Counted from the first letter of the stretch, positions 1 to 12,631 are shown. The stretch: 64,000 bases of DNA from Torpedo marmorata (GCA_977017645.1 OZ360242.1:30256001-30320000), one strand, 5' to 3'. The notes: a model not told the origin generated them from the sequence alone. Program-made: numbers and translations.

Positions 1-1759
1 AAATGACCTGTACACAAAAAACAGTCTGTGAGTGAGTCTGGTTTAATGGGTGTTTATGATTTGCTTTTTGCAGATTCTGGCCGCTTGCTGCAGCGCCAAG
101 AACTAGATGTTGTTGGTGGTTATGCTGCTGAAATTGATGACAATAACAGCAAAAATTGAAAAGCAGACTCAACATGATGCAGTACGTGATCTTAAACATA
201 AGTTCAATCAGGCTGCTTGTTGAATGATAATTTGCCTTAGAAATTGTGCAGATAAAAATCTCTTTATCACAGCTTTAACCAATTTTGCACATATTTCTAG
301 GTCTTTAATAAGGTAGGGCTTTTTATGTGTGAGTATTTTGGGTATTCTAATGCCGTTTTTTGGTGACAACAGCAGTGTACGTCCAATATTTTTTCCTGTT
401 CGTATTAGTCTGTTTCAGGACTGACACTGTTCATCAAGCTGAGCATTATTTAAAGGCAGAGAACAACTCTTCTCATAGTCATTAAGCAGACTGCAGCCCA
501 ACTCTGCCAAAGAAATCTCAACCCCACACCTTCCACGCCTCATCTTAAAATTAAGTGGCCACAAACGCCGAAACAAATCCTGCAAGGAAAGTGGTTTTGT
601 GTTCATCAGATTGAAAATGAGAATAAAAATGAGTGGAGGAAAACATCTGACAAAAGAGGTGGTAATCATTGAAGAAATTGCTGGGAAGGTGATTGTTCGA
701 GCATGGCTGCATTGCAGTCAAATGCCCCTTCCAGGTGTGAATGAGCGACAAATATAGAGGCATTCACAGCAGGGTCCCGAGACTGAGGGTGACTTTGAGA
801 GCAATGCAAGCAGTTGTGTGTGTGTGACAGACATGCCTCACGTTTGTGGTGACATTTTCTCTGACGGTAGTGACTCCACCCCCATTGGCTTTAAAGTAAA
901 AGGCTTTAGGAACAAACTTGTAGCTCATTAAAAAAAAGCCTTATTTTAAATCACTGCTGTGCAGTCATACCTTTAGGATTGTTCTAGAAGAAAGCCCAGC
1001 TGATCTGGTATACTACAAAGGTCTTTCTTTCTTTCAAGTTTCACAAACATCCATAATTCAGATTTATGATTTCACATTCAGATATGGTCCAAATTAGTAA
1101 CAACTCTGCACTCTCTCCTTCAATACTTTCTGTTCCTAATAGAAGTGTTGAGTTTGAATATTGGCATTCCTATCAAAATGAAGATTTACTTCTGACAAAG
1201 ACTTGCCTTGAGTCAATTCTTCTGAGGCAGTAGGAAACAGTTGCAATTGTGTATGATTCCTATTTAAATTTCAAAACAATAGTGGTCCCTGCCAGAAGTA
1301 ATTACTATGAAAGTGACCATGGATATATTTCAAACTACAACCTCTCTTAGATTTCCACTGAACTAACTGTCCTCATAAACAACCACATGCCCTTGCTTTC
1401 AAGGTTGTTTGGAAGCTGTAATTTAATGGTGGAAACACATGCCTGGGTGCAAGATATTAATTGTCAACACACTTTAGGATATTCTGTGTATAAAGGAGTC
1501 TGACCTTGCAATATTGTTTTAATAAACAGCATTATTTAGAAATCTGCACATTTATATTCATTTTACTTTTAATTAAAAATCACATTATTTGTCCCATCCA
1601 TTAATTTGTTTATTGTAAGCTTAGAAACAACGCCATAATATAATATAACCCAAGATCTTTCATTGCGCAAGTATGAATGTGCACAAGTAGACAATATTAA
1701 TCAGAAACTTTCAGTGTTAGAATGAAATTGCGACGACAAAGAAAACGATGGCCCATTAT

Positions 1760-2980
1760 TTCATTGCCTACCTTGTGATGGTAAAGTTTCAGGATTTTCA
1801 GCCAGCAGTGATGAAGGAACATGGATATATTTACAAGTCAGGACAGGTTTTGACTTGAAAGGAGTAGGGAGTTGCTGGTGTTTTCAGTACACTTGTATCC
1901 TAAACAATAAAGGTTATGGGTTTGAGAAGTGCTACTGAGAAGTTTTAAGTTGTGGCAAAGGATCTTGTAGATGGTTTGCAGCATAGTCATGATGCATCAG
2001 TTTTGGAGGGGATTGATGTCTATCTACTATGATTGAGAAGGTGTCATTGATGCAGGTAGCTTTGTCCTGGATGGTGCTTAGTTCTTGAATATTAGTGTTG
2101 CACTCATCCAGTCAAATGGAGTACATTCCATTTCTCCTGACTTGTGCCTTATGGATGATGGAAAGGCTTGGTGAGTCAGGAGGTGTGTATTAATGTGGCT
2201 TGTACCATTAAGTTTCTGGTTAGTGGTGATCCCCAGGATGTTGACCTCTGGAAGTTAGTTCTTCCAGATGTCAACATCCTGGGGATGTTGTCCTCTGGAA
2301 GAGCTGACATTTGAACCAAGGCTATAATGAGTTTTCCAAACAACTTATCCTGCTGGAACCTGATTGGGCATAGTTGAACAGATTATTGCTGCATATCCTC
2401 CCAGGTGGTAGGACTGTCAATGATACTTTCTATCTGACTGTGGGACAACTAATAGCTAGTGTTAATTGGCTGGCTTGGATCCATTTTGCATTTTGTTGGG
2501 CAGGATATATCGGGGAATATTTTCCACTTTTCCAGGTGGGTTCCATTGTAACAGCTGCTCTGCTTCAGCTTGCCTAGAAATGTATTTAGCTCAGGAGCAC
2601 TGGTCTACGGCACCATGGCCAAGATGTTATTGAGGTGCCTTGCCTTTGTTATATTCAGCATGCACATTAATTTCTGGTTAGCATATGAAGTGAATTTAAT
2701 TTGCCGAATACTGGCTTCTATGATCAGGAGAAGACCAAGGTGACTAATCCACTTGACACTTCTGGAGGAAAATGTTCACCCTTATCTCTTACACTCATTT
2801 TATTAGATTCCACCATCACTAATGGCGTCATACTCTGTATGAGAGAGTCCACACACTTGGAACATTCCTGGGTAAAGAGATTTGTCCCGAGCTCTCAAAT
2901 TAGTTTTATGAACCCGGGTATTTGCAAGAGGAATCATTTTCTCCACATCTGTTATTGCGGCTTGGTCCCTATCACTCAAG
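1760..2980 (-). mobile_element. Old, degraded shark-type LINE (CR1/L2 group) with internal deletion
   Basis: Recognisable decayed segments (aggattttcagccagcagtgatgaaggaac; gctttgtcctggatggtg; ctcctgacttgtgccttat). The opposite-strand counterpart is seen at about 3260-3350 and 52380-52590. No intact ORF. Confidence 0.6.
2229..2301. repeat. 26-bp inverted repeat with 6-nt loop plus a third direct partial copy
   Basis: atccccaggatgttgacctctggaag (2229-2254) pairs with cttccagatgtcaacatcctggggat (2261-2286), one mismatch; followed by ggatgttgtcctctggaag (2283-2301). Confidence 0.9.
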
Positions 2981-3420
2981 TCCTCACAACTTACAAGCAC
3001 TGGTCAGGAGTAGGAAGCAATTGTCTATATTTAGCTGACAGGGTCTAGCTCAAAAACCACAACACCAAAAAGGGACTACCGGTAAATATATTTTGCTCTT
3101 TCTGCTACCCACCAACTTAAAATGTTTATTTTCTGCATCGCTTGTGCATAGTTTGTGCAACTTACAAGAAGCAATACAGCACTTTGTGATGTGTTTGTAT
3201 GTCCCAAACGCACAGCCTCAGCCACCTGGAGATAAACATAGTGTGAGGGATGCCCCCACCCCAACTTTCAACTCAATCACACACCATTCTGACTTGGAAA
3301 TGTATCACTGTTCCTTTATCGCTAGATCTATGTTCTCGTACTCTCAAACTGCCCAACAAAGAGGAGCTGGAGGGAGTCAGCAGGTCAGGAAGCATCCATG
3401 GTTAAAAAATGGACAGTCAG

Positions 3421-3745
3421 TAGAACATAGAAATCTCCAGCACAGTACAGGCCCTTCAGCCCACAGTGTTGTGCCAGCCTATTTTCTCAGTTCAATGTAG
3501 CTGTCTAATAGTCTCTTAAGAGATCCTATTCTACCTGCCTTCACCACCAATGCTGGCAGTTCATTTCATGCACCCACCGCTCTCTGTGTGAAAAACTAAC
3601 CTTTTACATCCCCTGTACTTACTCCCAAGCACCTTAAAACTATGCCCCCTCGTGTTAGTCATTCCAGTCTTGGGAAAAAGCCTCTTGCCATCCACACGAT
3701 CAATGCCTCTCATCATCTTGTACACCTCTATCAGGTCACCCCTCA
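3421..3745 (-). mobile_element. CR1 LINE 3' fragment
   Basis: Minus ORF MRGDLIEVYKMMRGIDRVD...TRGHSFKV is the CR1 ORF2 C-terminus; tail reads (ttctatg)-like at 3421. Confidence 0.85.
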
Positions 3746-4384
3746 TGTTAGTCAATGCTTTGGATTGGGATCCTTTCTTGAGACTAAGATGGGAAGGGGA
3801 GATAGCAGGCATAAAAAGCGAGGAATGAGGGCTGGGGAGAGTCCAGGAGGTGGTAGGATACTGGAGAAATGAAGTTGGGAGAGGTGGAGTGGGGAGTCAG
3901 GATGGAGAGGGGACCTGGGTGGGGGAAGGTTATTGAGTGCTGAGGTGAATACTGAATACTGGGCAAGGCGAATAGGAACAGGTAAACTGTATTGTCAAAG
4001 CTGCCTCCTCAGAAGTGCTTTATGTGGTTGTACAGAAAGACTTGTGCTTCGCACTCACAGAAAACAGCATGGCTTTTTACTGGTTTAAGTCCTTGTTATT
4101 TGGGAAGCACACAAACCAAGACAAACATGTTGCAAAGATCATGGAAGTCATAGAGAGATACCTGATACCTTTGTGGACTTGTTTACAGGTTGCATTTAGT
4201 CCCCATTTTATTAACCATCAGCCACATGTCATCTGGTCTTCATGAATTTTGTATAGAAGCAACATAGCACTGGGTATAATTTGTGTTTCTCTACATGTAC
4301 AGTATCATGGTGTCAGTAGTATAATTAAGAAAAAAAGAGAGGAGAGTGAATAGTTTATTATAATCACAGATCTAATGTGAGAAA

Positions 4385-4610
4385 TAAGGCAGCCAATTTG
4401 CACACAAGTTCTGACAAATACCAGCAGGGTTCAAGACCAGCTCATCCTCATTTTTAGTGATGTGGATAAGGACAAACATGGCCACAGCACCAGGGAAAAC
4501 CTCCCACTACTCTTCCTTAAAGTAATGCTATCTTCTCTGAGAGGAAAGATGGTCTTTGTTTGGCATCTCTTCCAAAAAATAACATCCCTGATATGCAGCA
4601 TTCCTTAAAA
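4385..4610 (-). mobile_element. Degraded DeuSINE (SacSINE1/AmnSINE1-like) fragment
   Basis: gcagccaatttgcacaca...cagcaccagggaaaacctccc...gcagcattcctt resembles the Deu-domain SINE body; another 3' part lies on + at about 4840-4925. Confidence 0.55.
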
Positions 4611-4720
4611 GGTATGTGAAGATTTTGAAAATACTTCTCAATTTTCAGAGAAATAATCAAGAAACGACAGCAATAAAATAATGTACACAGTAAATAATTG
4701 CGTACACTAGAAATCGGATA

Positions 4721-4798
4721 TAAAAACAGAAAACTGCTGGAAATACTCAGCAGATCAGACAGCGACGATGCTGAAGTTTCCAGCAATTTCTATTTTTA
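4721..4798. mobile_element. Mini fold-back element derived from a Penelope-like terminus
   Basis: taaaaacagaaaactgctggaaatactcagca pairs with tgctgaagtttccagcaatttctattttta; same terminal motif as the Penelope ends elsewhere in the window. Confidence 0.6.
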
Positions 4799-5059
4799 TA
4801 ATGTATGCAATGAAATTATTGGCCATTATCACAGTGTTGTGTGTGGGAACTTGCTCTGCACAAACGGACTATTGCATTTCATGCAAGAGTGACTGTATTT
4901 CAAAGAGCAATTTATTGGTTAAAATGGTTAATATGATAGAGAAGTGTATCTTTCACATTTCCAGTGATTTTATTCCAAATTAGAAGTCTCAGTACAGTAC
5001 CATGTTCCAGTCAGACCTATAGTATGGAGTTACTCCATACTATAAACACATTTATGCAT

Positions 5060-5283
5060 GGCGGCATGGTTAGCGCCACGCTGTTACAGCTTCAGCGATC
5101 GGGACCGAGGTTTCAATCCCGCGCTGTGCGCTCTCCCCGTGTCTGCGTGGATTTTCCCTGGGGCTCCGATTTCCTCCCACCGTTCAAACATACTGGGGGT
5201 TGTAGGTCAATTGGGTGTAATTGGGCGGCATGGGCTCGTGGGGCGAAAGGACCTGTTACCGTGCTGTATGTCTAAATTAAATT
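5060..5283 (+). mobile_element. tRNA-derived V-SINE (HE1-like)
   Basis: tRNA-like head (ggcatggttagc..., ggtttcaatccc), V-domain ctccccgtgtctgcgtgg...ctccgatttcctcccac, CR1-like tail gtgctgtatgtctaaatt; five more close copies in the window. Confidence 0.85.
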
Positions 5284-6231
5284 ATTTAAGCCTCAGGCGA
5301 TAAGAATACAAGCACAAACATCAAAAAGCTGACTAACATGACATCATTATTACTTTGGATTTCCCCTTTATGAAAAGTATCAAAGTGACTGCTTTTTACT
5401 GACCTGGATTGTTCAGAACATGCAGAGTATAAAAACCCCCTTACAGCCCTATAATATGATGTACAATAACAGAACTGGCTGAACAGCTTTTCCTTCCTAG
5501 TTGTACAGCAGAACTGCGCGTAAGTTTGCCCATATTTGACCACGTTAAGTCAAGTTTAAGGCTGATGATAAAGCTGGCCTATGTGGACGGTCGCTTTTCG
5601 ACCCCCTTCATCCAGGTTCATGGTGGTGCTCTATTCTTTAGCAAACGTACCGTAAGGAATGGAGGACTCAGACATTTTAGTTTCCCCAGTATTCCTTTAT
5701 TACACACAAGCTTGCTGGGATGTCCGTCATCCCCCATAGGGGATCCAGGAGCTCTTTGAACATACAAATGCATGGGTTTAAATTCTCCAACGCTCTCTGA
5801 CATTAACCAATCTCAAAACTGTCACCTCCTTGGCAGCAAGCATTATCCCATTAGCATTAAGCTATGCAATATCCATCTACATGATGCACCATATTGTGGA
5901 CCAATCACACAGACCTGTCCCCCTAATTGTAAATCACATGACCCCAGAGAGAAATGAGACTGCTGGAAATCCATCAAGTCGGATTGCTGTTACATTCCAG
6001 AGCACCTCACTATCCTTGGTCAGGGCTAATGGAATTTCCGATTGCTGTCGTTGCCAGGCAACACACATTCTAGGCCCCCTTCACTGTCCTTAGTTATTTG
6101 CAAATGTCGCAGCATAAGCATTAACCAAGTTATATATATGTATTAATATTTTGGTTAATTAATTAATGTGTTAATGTATTTGATGTATTAATCAACACCA
6201 ATCTAAACCAGAAAGACCCTTACCTCTACAC

Positions 6232-6531
6232 CAGTGGTTTTCAAACTTTTTCTTTTCACTCACATTCCACCTTAAGTAATCCCTATGCCATAGGTGCTCT
6301 GTGGTTAGTAAGGGATTACTTAAGGTGGTATGTGAGTGGAAAGAAAAAGTTTGAAAACCACTGTTTTAATCGTACCTAATTGACTCGTTATGTGCACGGT
6401 TTCATAACTCCAAAGGAAATGGGCCTTTGGCAATTTTTCTCAAGCAAAATATTTAGTAACAATTGGGTCTAGAGCAGTGTTTCTCAACCTTCCCTTCCCA
6501 CTCACATACCACCTTAAGTAATCCCTTACTG
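6232..6531. mobile_element. Composite non-autonomous hAT (Charlie-like) MITE
   Basis: 8-bp TSD CTCTACAC at 6224-6231 and 6532-6539; CAGT...ACTG ends; a full hairpin unit at 6232-6363 and a second collapsed unit starting near 6474. Confidence 0.8.
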
Positions 6532-6867
6532 CTCTACACCTATTGGCTTGAGACTGGGCAACAAGCAATTCCATTAGCTGGGAATGAAGGAAAATGTGTT
6601 CTGGGTGAAATATTAAACACATTTTCTTTACTGTGTCTTATAAATGTGTCTTATTCCAAATCAGGGAATGGCTGTACAAAGGTGTCAGAAAAGAGGGCAA
6701 AGAAAATATATGCCAAATTGGAAGACTTGTCTTTGATTCTAAAATTGCTTCTGTTTAGTCCCACTTTTTAAAATAACAGAAAAGCACAAGAGGCCAAGAG
6801 AATATTTTGCATAATCACAATAATTTTTTTTTTTTTACAAATTCAATCAAACTTGGAAGGAGTTTCT

Positions 6868-9476
6868 GAAAATCTCCAGGGGAGGACGGTTTCCCATCAG
6901 AATTTTATAAGGAGTTTAAGGATTTATTGATACCTCCATATATGGAGGTGTTGAAACAAATAACGGAAACTCATTCGCTACCGGAAACATTTTCAAATGC
7001 AATAATTACAGTTATACCTAAAAAAGATAGAGATTTTATGAAAACAGAATCATATAGACCAATTTCATTGTTAAATGTGGATTATAAGATAATGGCAAAA
7101 ATTTTAGCAAACAGAGTGGCTAAATATTTACCAGACTTAATCCATGTAGATCAAGCAGGTTTTATTAAGAATAGATATTCAAAAGATAATATAGCTAGAT
7201 TAATTAGTTTAATAAATGTGGCACAAAAAATGAGGAATTAGCATCAGTATTAACATTAGATGCCAAAAAGGCTTTTGATAGATTAGAGTGGAATTATTTA
7301 TTTAAAGTATTGGGGAAATTTGGTTTTGGAACTACATTTATTAATTGGATTAAAACTATATATAAAGAACCTTCTGCTAGAGTGGTGACAAATGGACAAA
7401 TTTCTTCAAAATTTTCTTTGACTAGGTCAACCAGACAAGGATGTCCTTTGTCGCCAGCATTGTTTATTTTAGCAATAGAACCGTTGGCAGAATTAATTAG
7501 ACAAGATATTAAGATTGCAGGTATTAAAATTGGAAGAGAAGAGCATAAAATTAGTTTATTTGCAGATGACGTATTGATCTATATGACAAAACCTATTACT
7601 TCTTTAATACAATTGAATGTTTTATTGAGAGAATATGGGGAAATATCTGGTTATAAGATTAATTCTGATAAAAGTGAAATTATGGCATTGACACAAGGGG
7701 ATTATAATAAATGTAAAGAAATTACACAATTTAAATGGTCAAAGGAAGGAATTAAATATTTGGGAATAAAGATTGATACAAAATTAGCCAATTTATATAA
7801 ATTAAATTAAATTATTTACCATTATTTATGAATATTAAAAAAGATCTAGAAAGTTGGAAGGATTTACCTATAACTTTAATGGGAAGGGTAAACTGTATTA
7901 AAATGAATGTTTTTCCAATCAATTCCTTATGAAATTCCTCAAAAATTCTTTAAAGATTTAAATTTAATTATTAGGAAGTTTTTGTGGAAAGGAAAGTTGG
8001 CTAGAGTAGGTATGGAGAAATTAACTTGGAATTATGAAATGGGTGGTTTACAACTTCCCAATTTTCAAAATTATTATAAAGCAGCTCAATTAAAATTTAT
8101 TAATGAAATGTTTGATTTAGGAAATTCTTCTGCTTGGATTAGAATAGAATTAAATAATATAGGAGAAGATTTGAAAGAAGAAGTTATTTATAAATGGAAT
8201 TCTAAATTATTATTAACAAGAGGGAAAATTCTCCTATTTTTAAACATTTGTTAGAAATATGGAATAGAGTGGATAGAGAGATAGGAGGGAAAGGGCTAAT
8301 TTCTCGAAAAATGCCTTTATATCAAAATAAACTTATTCCATTTACAGTTGATAATCGATTATTTAAAATTTGGTTCCAAAAGGGAATTAAGAAAATAAAT
8401 GATTGTTTTGAAGTTAGTAAATTTATTACTTTTCAAAGAATGAAAGAAAAGTTTAATATATTAAATAAATCACTTTTTGCTTATTATCAAATTAGAGCAT
8501 TTTTAGTTGAAAGGTTGGGTTATAGTTTGACTTTACCAAGACAAAGTGAACTGGAATTATTAGTTACTAATGGAGGTGTAAATAAATTTATTTCTCAAAT
8601 GTATAGATTGTTACAGAGAAAAATGCCTAAATTAGAGTTCATAAATCAAGATTAAAATGGGAATCAGCTCTCAATGTAACAATAGGTGAAGAACATTGGA
8701 AAGAACTATGACGAAGATTATTAAATGTTAGATATAGGTTAGTGCAATATAATTTTTTTCATCAATTATATTTAACACCTAAGAAATTAAAGAAATTTAA
8801 TCCGACATTATCAGGTTTATGTTTCAGATTAATAGAGAGGAAGGTTCTTTTGTACATTCTACATGGTTCTGTCCAAAGATATATGATTTTTGGTTGAAAG
8901 TTAAAAAATTTTAGACAAAGTATTAAGTATTACACTTCCAATGATATTTTTGTTTGGAGATATTAAAAGAATTAGTATTAAGATGAAATTAAATATGTAT
9001 CAAATAGAATTTTTGCGAATTGCTTTAGCTGTTTCTAAGAAATGCATTGCTATTACATGGAAATCTGATGTAGATTTAGGGTTAGAAAGATGGCATGCAG
9101 AACTTCGTTCAGCTATACCACTTGAAAAAATTACATAATTTATGTAATAAATATCATTTCTTTTTGAAAATATGGAGCCCATATATAAAAACTGTTGGTT
9201 TAAGGATTTGAAGATCTCTGGATATCAGATCTGACTGGTGAACCTATCTTCCACAATAAAATCAGCTTATAGTTGTTCTTTTTTAGATTGACATTCTCCT
9301 TACTCTATCTTTTTCTTTCTTTCTTTTCTATTTTAGTAGATTAGTAGGGGTGGGAGGGTTATAGGGAGGGAGGGGGGGTGAAAATGTATCACATGTATTT
9401 TGATAATTTTGCATTTTATATTATGTATTCTGTGATTTAAAAATTTTAAATAAAATATTTAAAAAAAGAAAAAAAA
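6868..9476 (+). mobile_element. 5'-truncated L1 LINE (disrupted ORF2 RT and C-terminus, 3' UTR, poly-A)
   Basis: YRPISLLNVDYKI, TRQGCPLSP and LFADD motifs in broken ORFs; G-rich 3' UTR, AATAAA and A-tail; TSD AAGGAGTTTCT at 6857-6867 and 9477-9487. Confidence 0.95.
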
Positions 9477-9867
9477 AAGGAGTTTCTACCCTTTAGGGTT
9501 TTCACTCTCCGGTAACAAGAAGCAAGTTGCTCAATCAGTAAGTGAACAACTCAATGAATGTGGAACTGATACCACGGATGAGGAGATGCCTGGCAGGCTT
9601 CTGCTGAGTTAGCACTTTTGTGGGTTTATACTATCGGCTGCAGGAGGGAGGAACTAAAACTGATCACACTCACGGATCCTGATCAGCACATGGGCCTGAG
9701 GCTGTGAGGTGAGGAGCGGGTCAGGCTTGGCTGTGAAGGCTTGCATCATTGATTAATATGCCAACATTCCAACGTAGTTCAGGGCAGTTGCTACGGGCTC
9801 CAACTTTTAAGGTAGTTGAGAATAACCAGCATTCTCAGGACTTTGGAGGTGCCGGACCAGCAGATTT

Positions 9868-10103
9868 ACTGTAAAAACACAGAAATGCTGGAGAACTCAG
9901 CAGATCTTGCAGCGTCCATAGGAGGTAAATATATATGTGATATTTCGGGCCTGAGCTCTTCTTCAAGGTATGGGCTCAGGCCCGAAGTATCGGTTATACT
10001 GTATATGTTTACCTCCTATGGACGCTGTGAGACCTGCTGAGTTCCTCCAGCATTTCTGTGTTTTTACTACAAGCACAGTGTCTGCAGACTTCAGTGTTTC
10101 ACT
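9868..10103. mobile_element. Fold-back element made of two inverted Penelope termini
   Basis: gtaaaaacacagaaatgctggag...tttcgggcctgagc pairs with gctcaggcccgaag...ctccagcatttctgtgtttttac; homologous to the 3' end of the Penelope at 55976-57075. Confidence 0.85.
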
Positions 10104-10198
10104 TTAGCAGATTTGCTGGACTATCAGATGTTATTCTATTAATACCCCAACAAACTTTCAGCTCACTTTTCTTTTACATGTTACACAGTGGAATAATA

Positions 10199-11247
10199 CC
10201 GTATTTGACAGCATATAAGACCCCCCTTTTCCCCCCAAAAATCGCCTCCACAACCACCCCGGGTCTTATACGTGAAGGTGACATTTTGGTGTCGCCATTT
10301 TGGGCACCGAGTGGAGTCCAGGAAGCGGGCCTGCAGCTTCGCGGACCACCTTCCTTTGGGTGGCCCGTGCTTTCTGGAGTGGCCGCCACCGCCGCTCACT
10401 TCCCCCGGTAAGAAGGCTCGCTCTCTCCCTCCTTCCCGCTCACTCGCCCGCTCTCTCCCCCCGTTCGCTCTCCCCGCTCGCTCTCCCCGCCCGCCCGCTC
10501 TACCCGCCCGTTCGCTCTCCCTACCTGCTCGCTATCCCCGCCCGCCTGCTCGCTCTCCCCGCCCGTTCGCTCTCCCCGCCCGCTCGCTTTCCCCGCCGCC
10601 CGCTCGCTCTCCCCGCCCATTCGCTCTCCCCGCCCGCTCGCTCTCCCCGCCTGCTCGCTCACCCCGCCCGCTTGCTCTCCCCGCCCACTCGCTCCCCGCC
10701 CGTTCGCTCTCACCACGATGTTCAGCCTTTGTTCGACGAGCACAGACCCTCGAGCAAATTGAATGAGGCACGGGGGCGGGTGGCAATGAGCGAGTGGCCT
10801 GTCAAGCTCAGCTCAACAGGCTGCCCGCTCTCTCACTGCCACCCGCCCCCGCGCCTCATTCAATCTGTTCAGGGGGGGGCCATTCACATTGAACAAAGGC
10901 TCAGCGTGGAGCCTGATCACCGAGGCCCAGCGCTCCCCTCAAAGCAAGCGATCGATTGTCTGCTCCCCGCGACAGTGGGCCTGGGCCCTGCCCGTTGTCC
11001 TGGCTTCTCTCCTTCCCACCCTCGCGCGCACACAGCTCCCGGCACACCTGTCAATCAACTAGCGTTTGGACGGTGGGGGGAAGCAGCCTGAGCCTCGGCG
11101 TGCGGCGGGCAGGAGAACGTGTTGCTGCTGTGAAGTTAAATACACTAAAACAAATTTTTCTTGAAATCTCACGCTAAAAATGGGGGGGGGGGGGGTGGGG
11201 TGGTCCTATATGCCAGTGGGTCCTGTCCTGTATGCCGTCAAATACGG
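10199..11247. mobile_element. Non-autonomous Tc2/pogo-type (TcMar) element with internal minisatellite
   Basis: TIRs CCGTATTTGAC(A/G)GCATA ... TATGCCGTCAAATACGG; TA TSD at 10197-10198 and 11248-11249; second copy at 48874-49762. Confidence 0.9.
10416..10715. repeat. C-rich minisatellite, units of about 15-19 nt (CCCGCCCGYTCGCTCTC-like), inside the Tc2-type MITE
   Basis: Tandem cgctctccccgcccg units; shorter array in the second copy (about 49087-49236). Explains the P/A/R/S-rich pseudo-ORFs. Confidence 0.9.
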
Positions 11248-11498
11248 TAAACTTTTCAGTGAACCTGATAAGTTTAAAAGGAACTTTGGAAACAGAATCA
11301 AGTGGGCTTTGAGGGTCTGTGGGAACCAGAACCCTGTGCATGAACGAGAGCATGGGAATCAGCATTGCGACTTCCAAACAATCAGATAGTGGATAATTGG
11401 CATTTACCGTATTTGAAGCATTTGATTTGGTGCTTTACAAATTTCTTTTTTTGTCTCTAGATTTAAACCATTTGTTCACAGTGCAGTTTTCTGACCAA

Positions 11499-12004
11499 CC
11501 ATACAAAATTACAGCACAGAAACAGGCCCTTTCGGCCCTTCTAGTGTGCCGAACCATTTTTTTTGCCTAGTCCCACTGGCCTGCACCCAGTCCACATCCC
11601 TCCATTCACCTCCCATCCATGTACCTGTCCAAATTTTTCTTAAATGTTAAAATTGAGCCCACATTCATCACTTCAGCTGGAAGCTCGTTCCACACTCCCA
11701 CTACTCTCTGTGTGAAGAAGTTCCCCTCATGTTCCCCCTAAACGTTTCCCTTTCACCCTTAACCCATGTCCACTGGTTTGTATCTCACCTACCTCAGTGG
11801 AAAAAGCCTACCTACATTTACTCTGTCTAACCTCATAATTTTAAATACTTCTATCAAATCTCCCCTCATTCTTCTACGCTCCAGGGAATAAACTCCTAAC
11901 CTGTTTAACCTTTCCCTGTAACTCAGTTCCTGAAGACCGGGCAACATCCTAGTAAATCTTCTCTGCACTTTATCTTATTGGTATCTTTCTTGTAGTGAGG
12001 TGAC
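11499..12004 (-). mobile_element. CR1 LINE 3' fragment
   Basis: acagcacagaaacaggccctttcggccc tail (shared with the V-SINE tail); ctctgtgtgaagaagttcccc and ctatcaaatctcccctcattcttctacgctccaggg are antisense CR1 ORF2 end. Confidence 0.85.
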
Positions 12005-12631
12005 AAATCATATCTACTCCCCTACATTTGTACACTACTTGCTGCTTTCTTGAAATGTTGTGAGCAGCTCTCTCTTAATTATTAGTAATTGCTGCGTTCC
12101 ATGACATTTCATGTTATAAATGTCCAACGGAGATTTGTCTTAAACAGACGTTCTTACCAATTGTGTGGAAAATCATTAGGTGCAGTCACTTAATTATAGA
12201 GAATGCAGCTCCTTTACCTCTTGGTCCCTGGGTCATCTAGTCCTTTTTAAGCACAGCCTGTCGACGCCATAAACATACAAGCAACATATAAACACTGCAG
12301 CTGTAATCTTGTGCTGATGAAGTTTTTTTTATATATACAAACTCTTTACTGGCTGTTTTAGTTTTGACTCTCAACTTTCTTGTTTGGAGCAGGTCAAATT
12401 AATCTCTTCTCACGGGCAGATAGCAAAATTATATTTGATTCGATGCTGTCCTTCAGTTGCCTGCTTGGAATACAGATGCACATCACTGGCAGTGAATTCC
12501 AAAGATGTCACCTTCATACAGCAACTTACCCCACTTCAAATCTTGCAGAGCTCTCATGCAGAGCCAGGTTGCCATTTCCGTCCTTCAGCCGACAACCTGT
12601 CAGATAGAAAAAGACAGCTGCAAGATTGGAC

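Noticed and set aside
5060-5130. tRNA genes at the SINE heads
   Set aside because: A/B-box-like heads run directly into the V-domain and CR1-like tail; no complete cloverleaf.
5581-5760. VDGRFSTPFIQVHGG as the TNRC18 start exon (MDGRDF...)
   Set aside because: No ATG at the right position, no further similarity and no convincing donor; the start exon is probably upstream of the window.
10416-10715. Tandem array as a possible CRISPR-like locus
   Set aside because: Units are adjacent with no unique spacers, there are no cas genes, and the context is a vertebrate intron.
10272-11091. Long Pro/Ala/Arg/Ser-rich ORFs (164-263 aa), with counterparts at 48977-49627
   Set aside because: Open frames come from a stop-poor GC-rich minisatellite inside a non-autonomous MITE; no transposase or other domain motifs.
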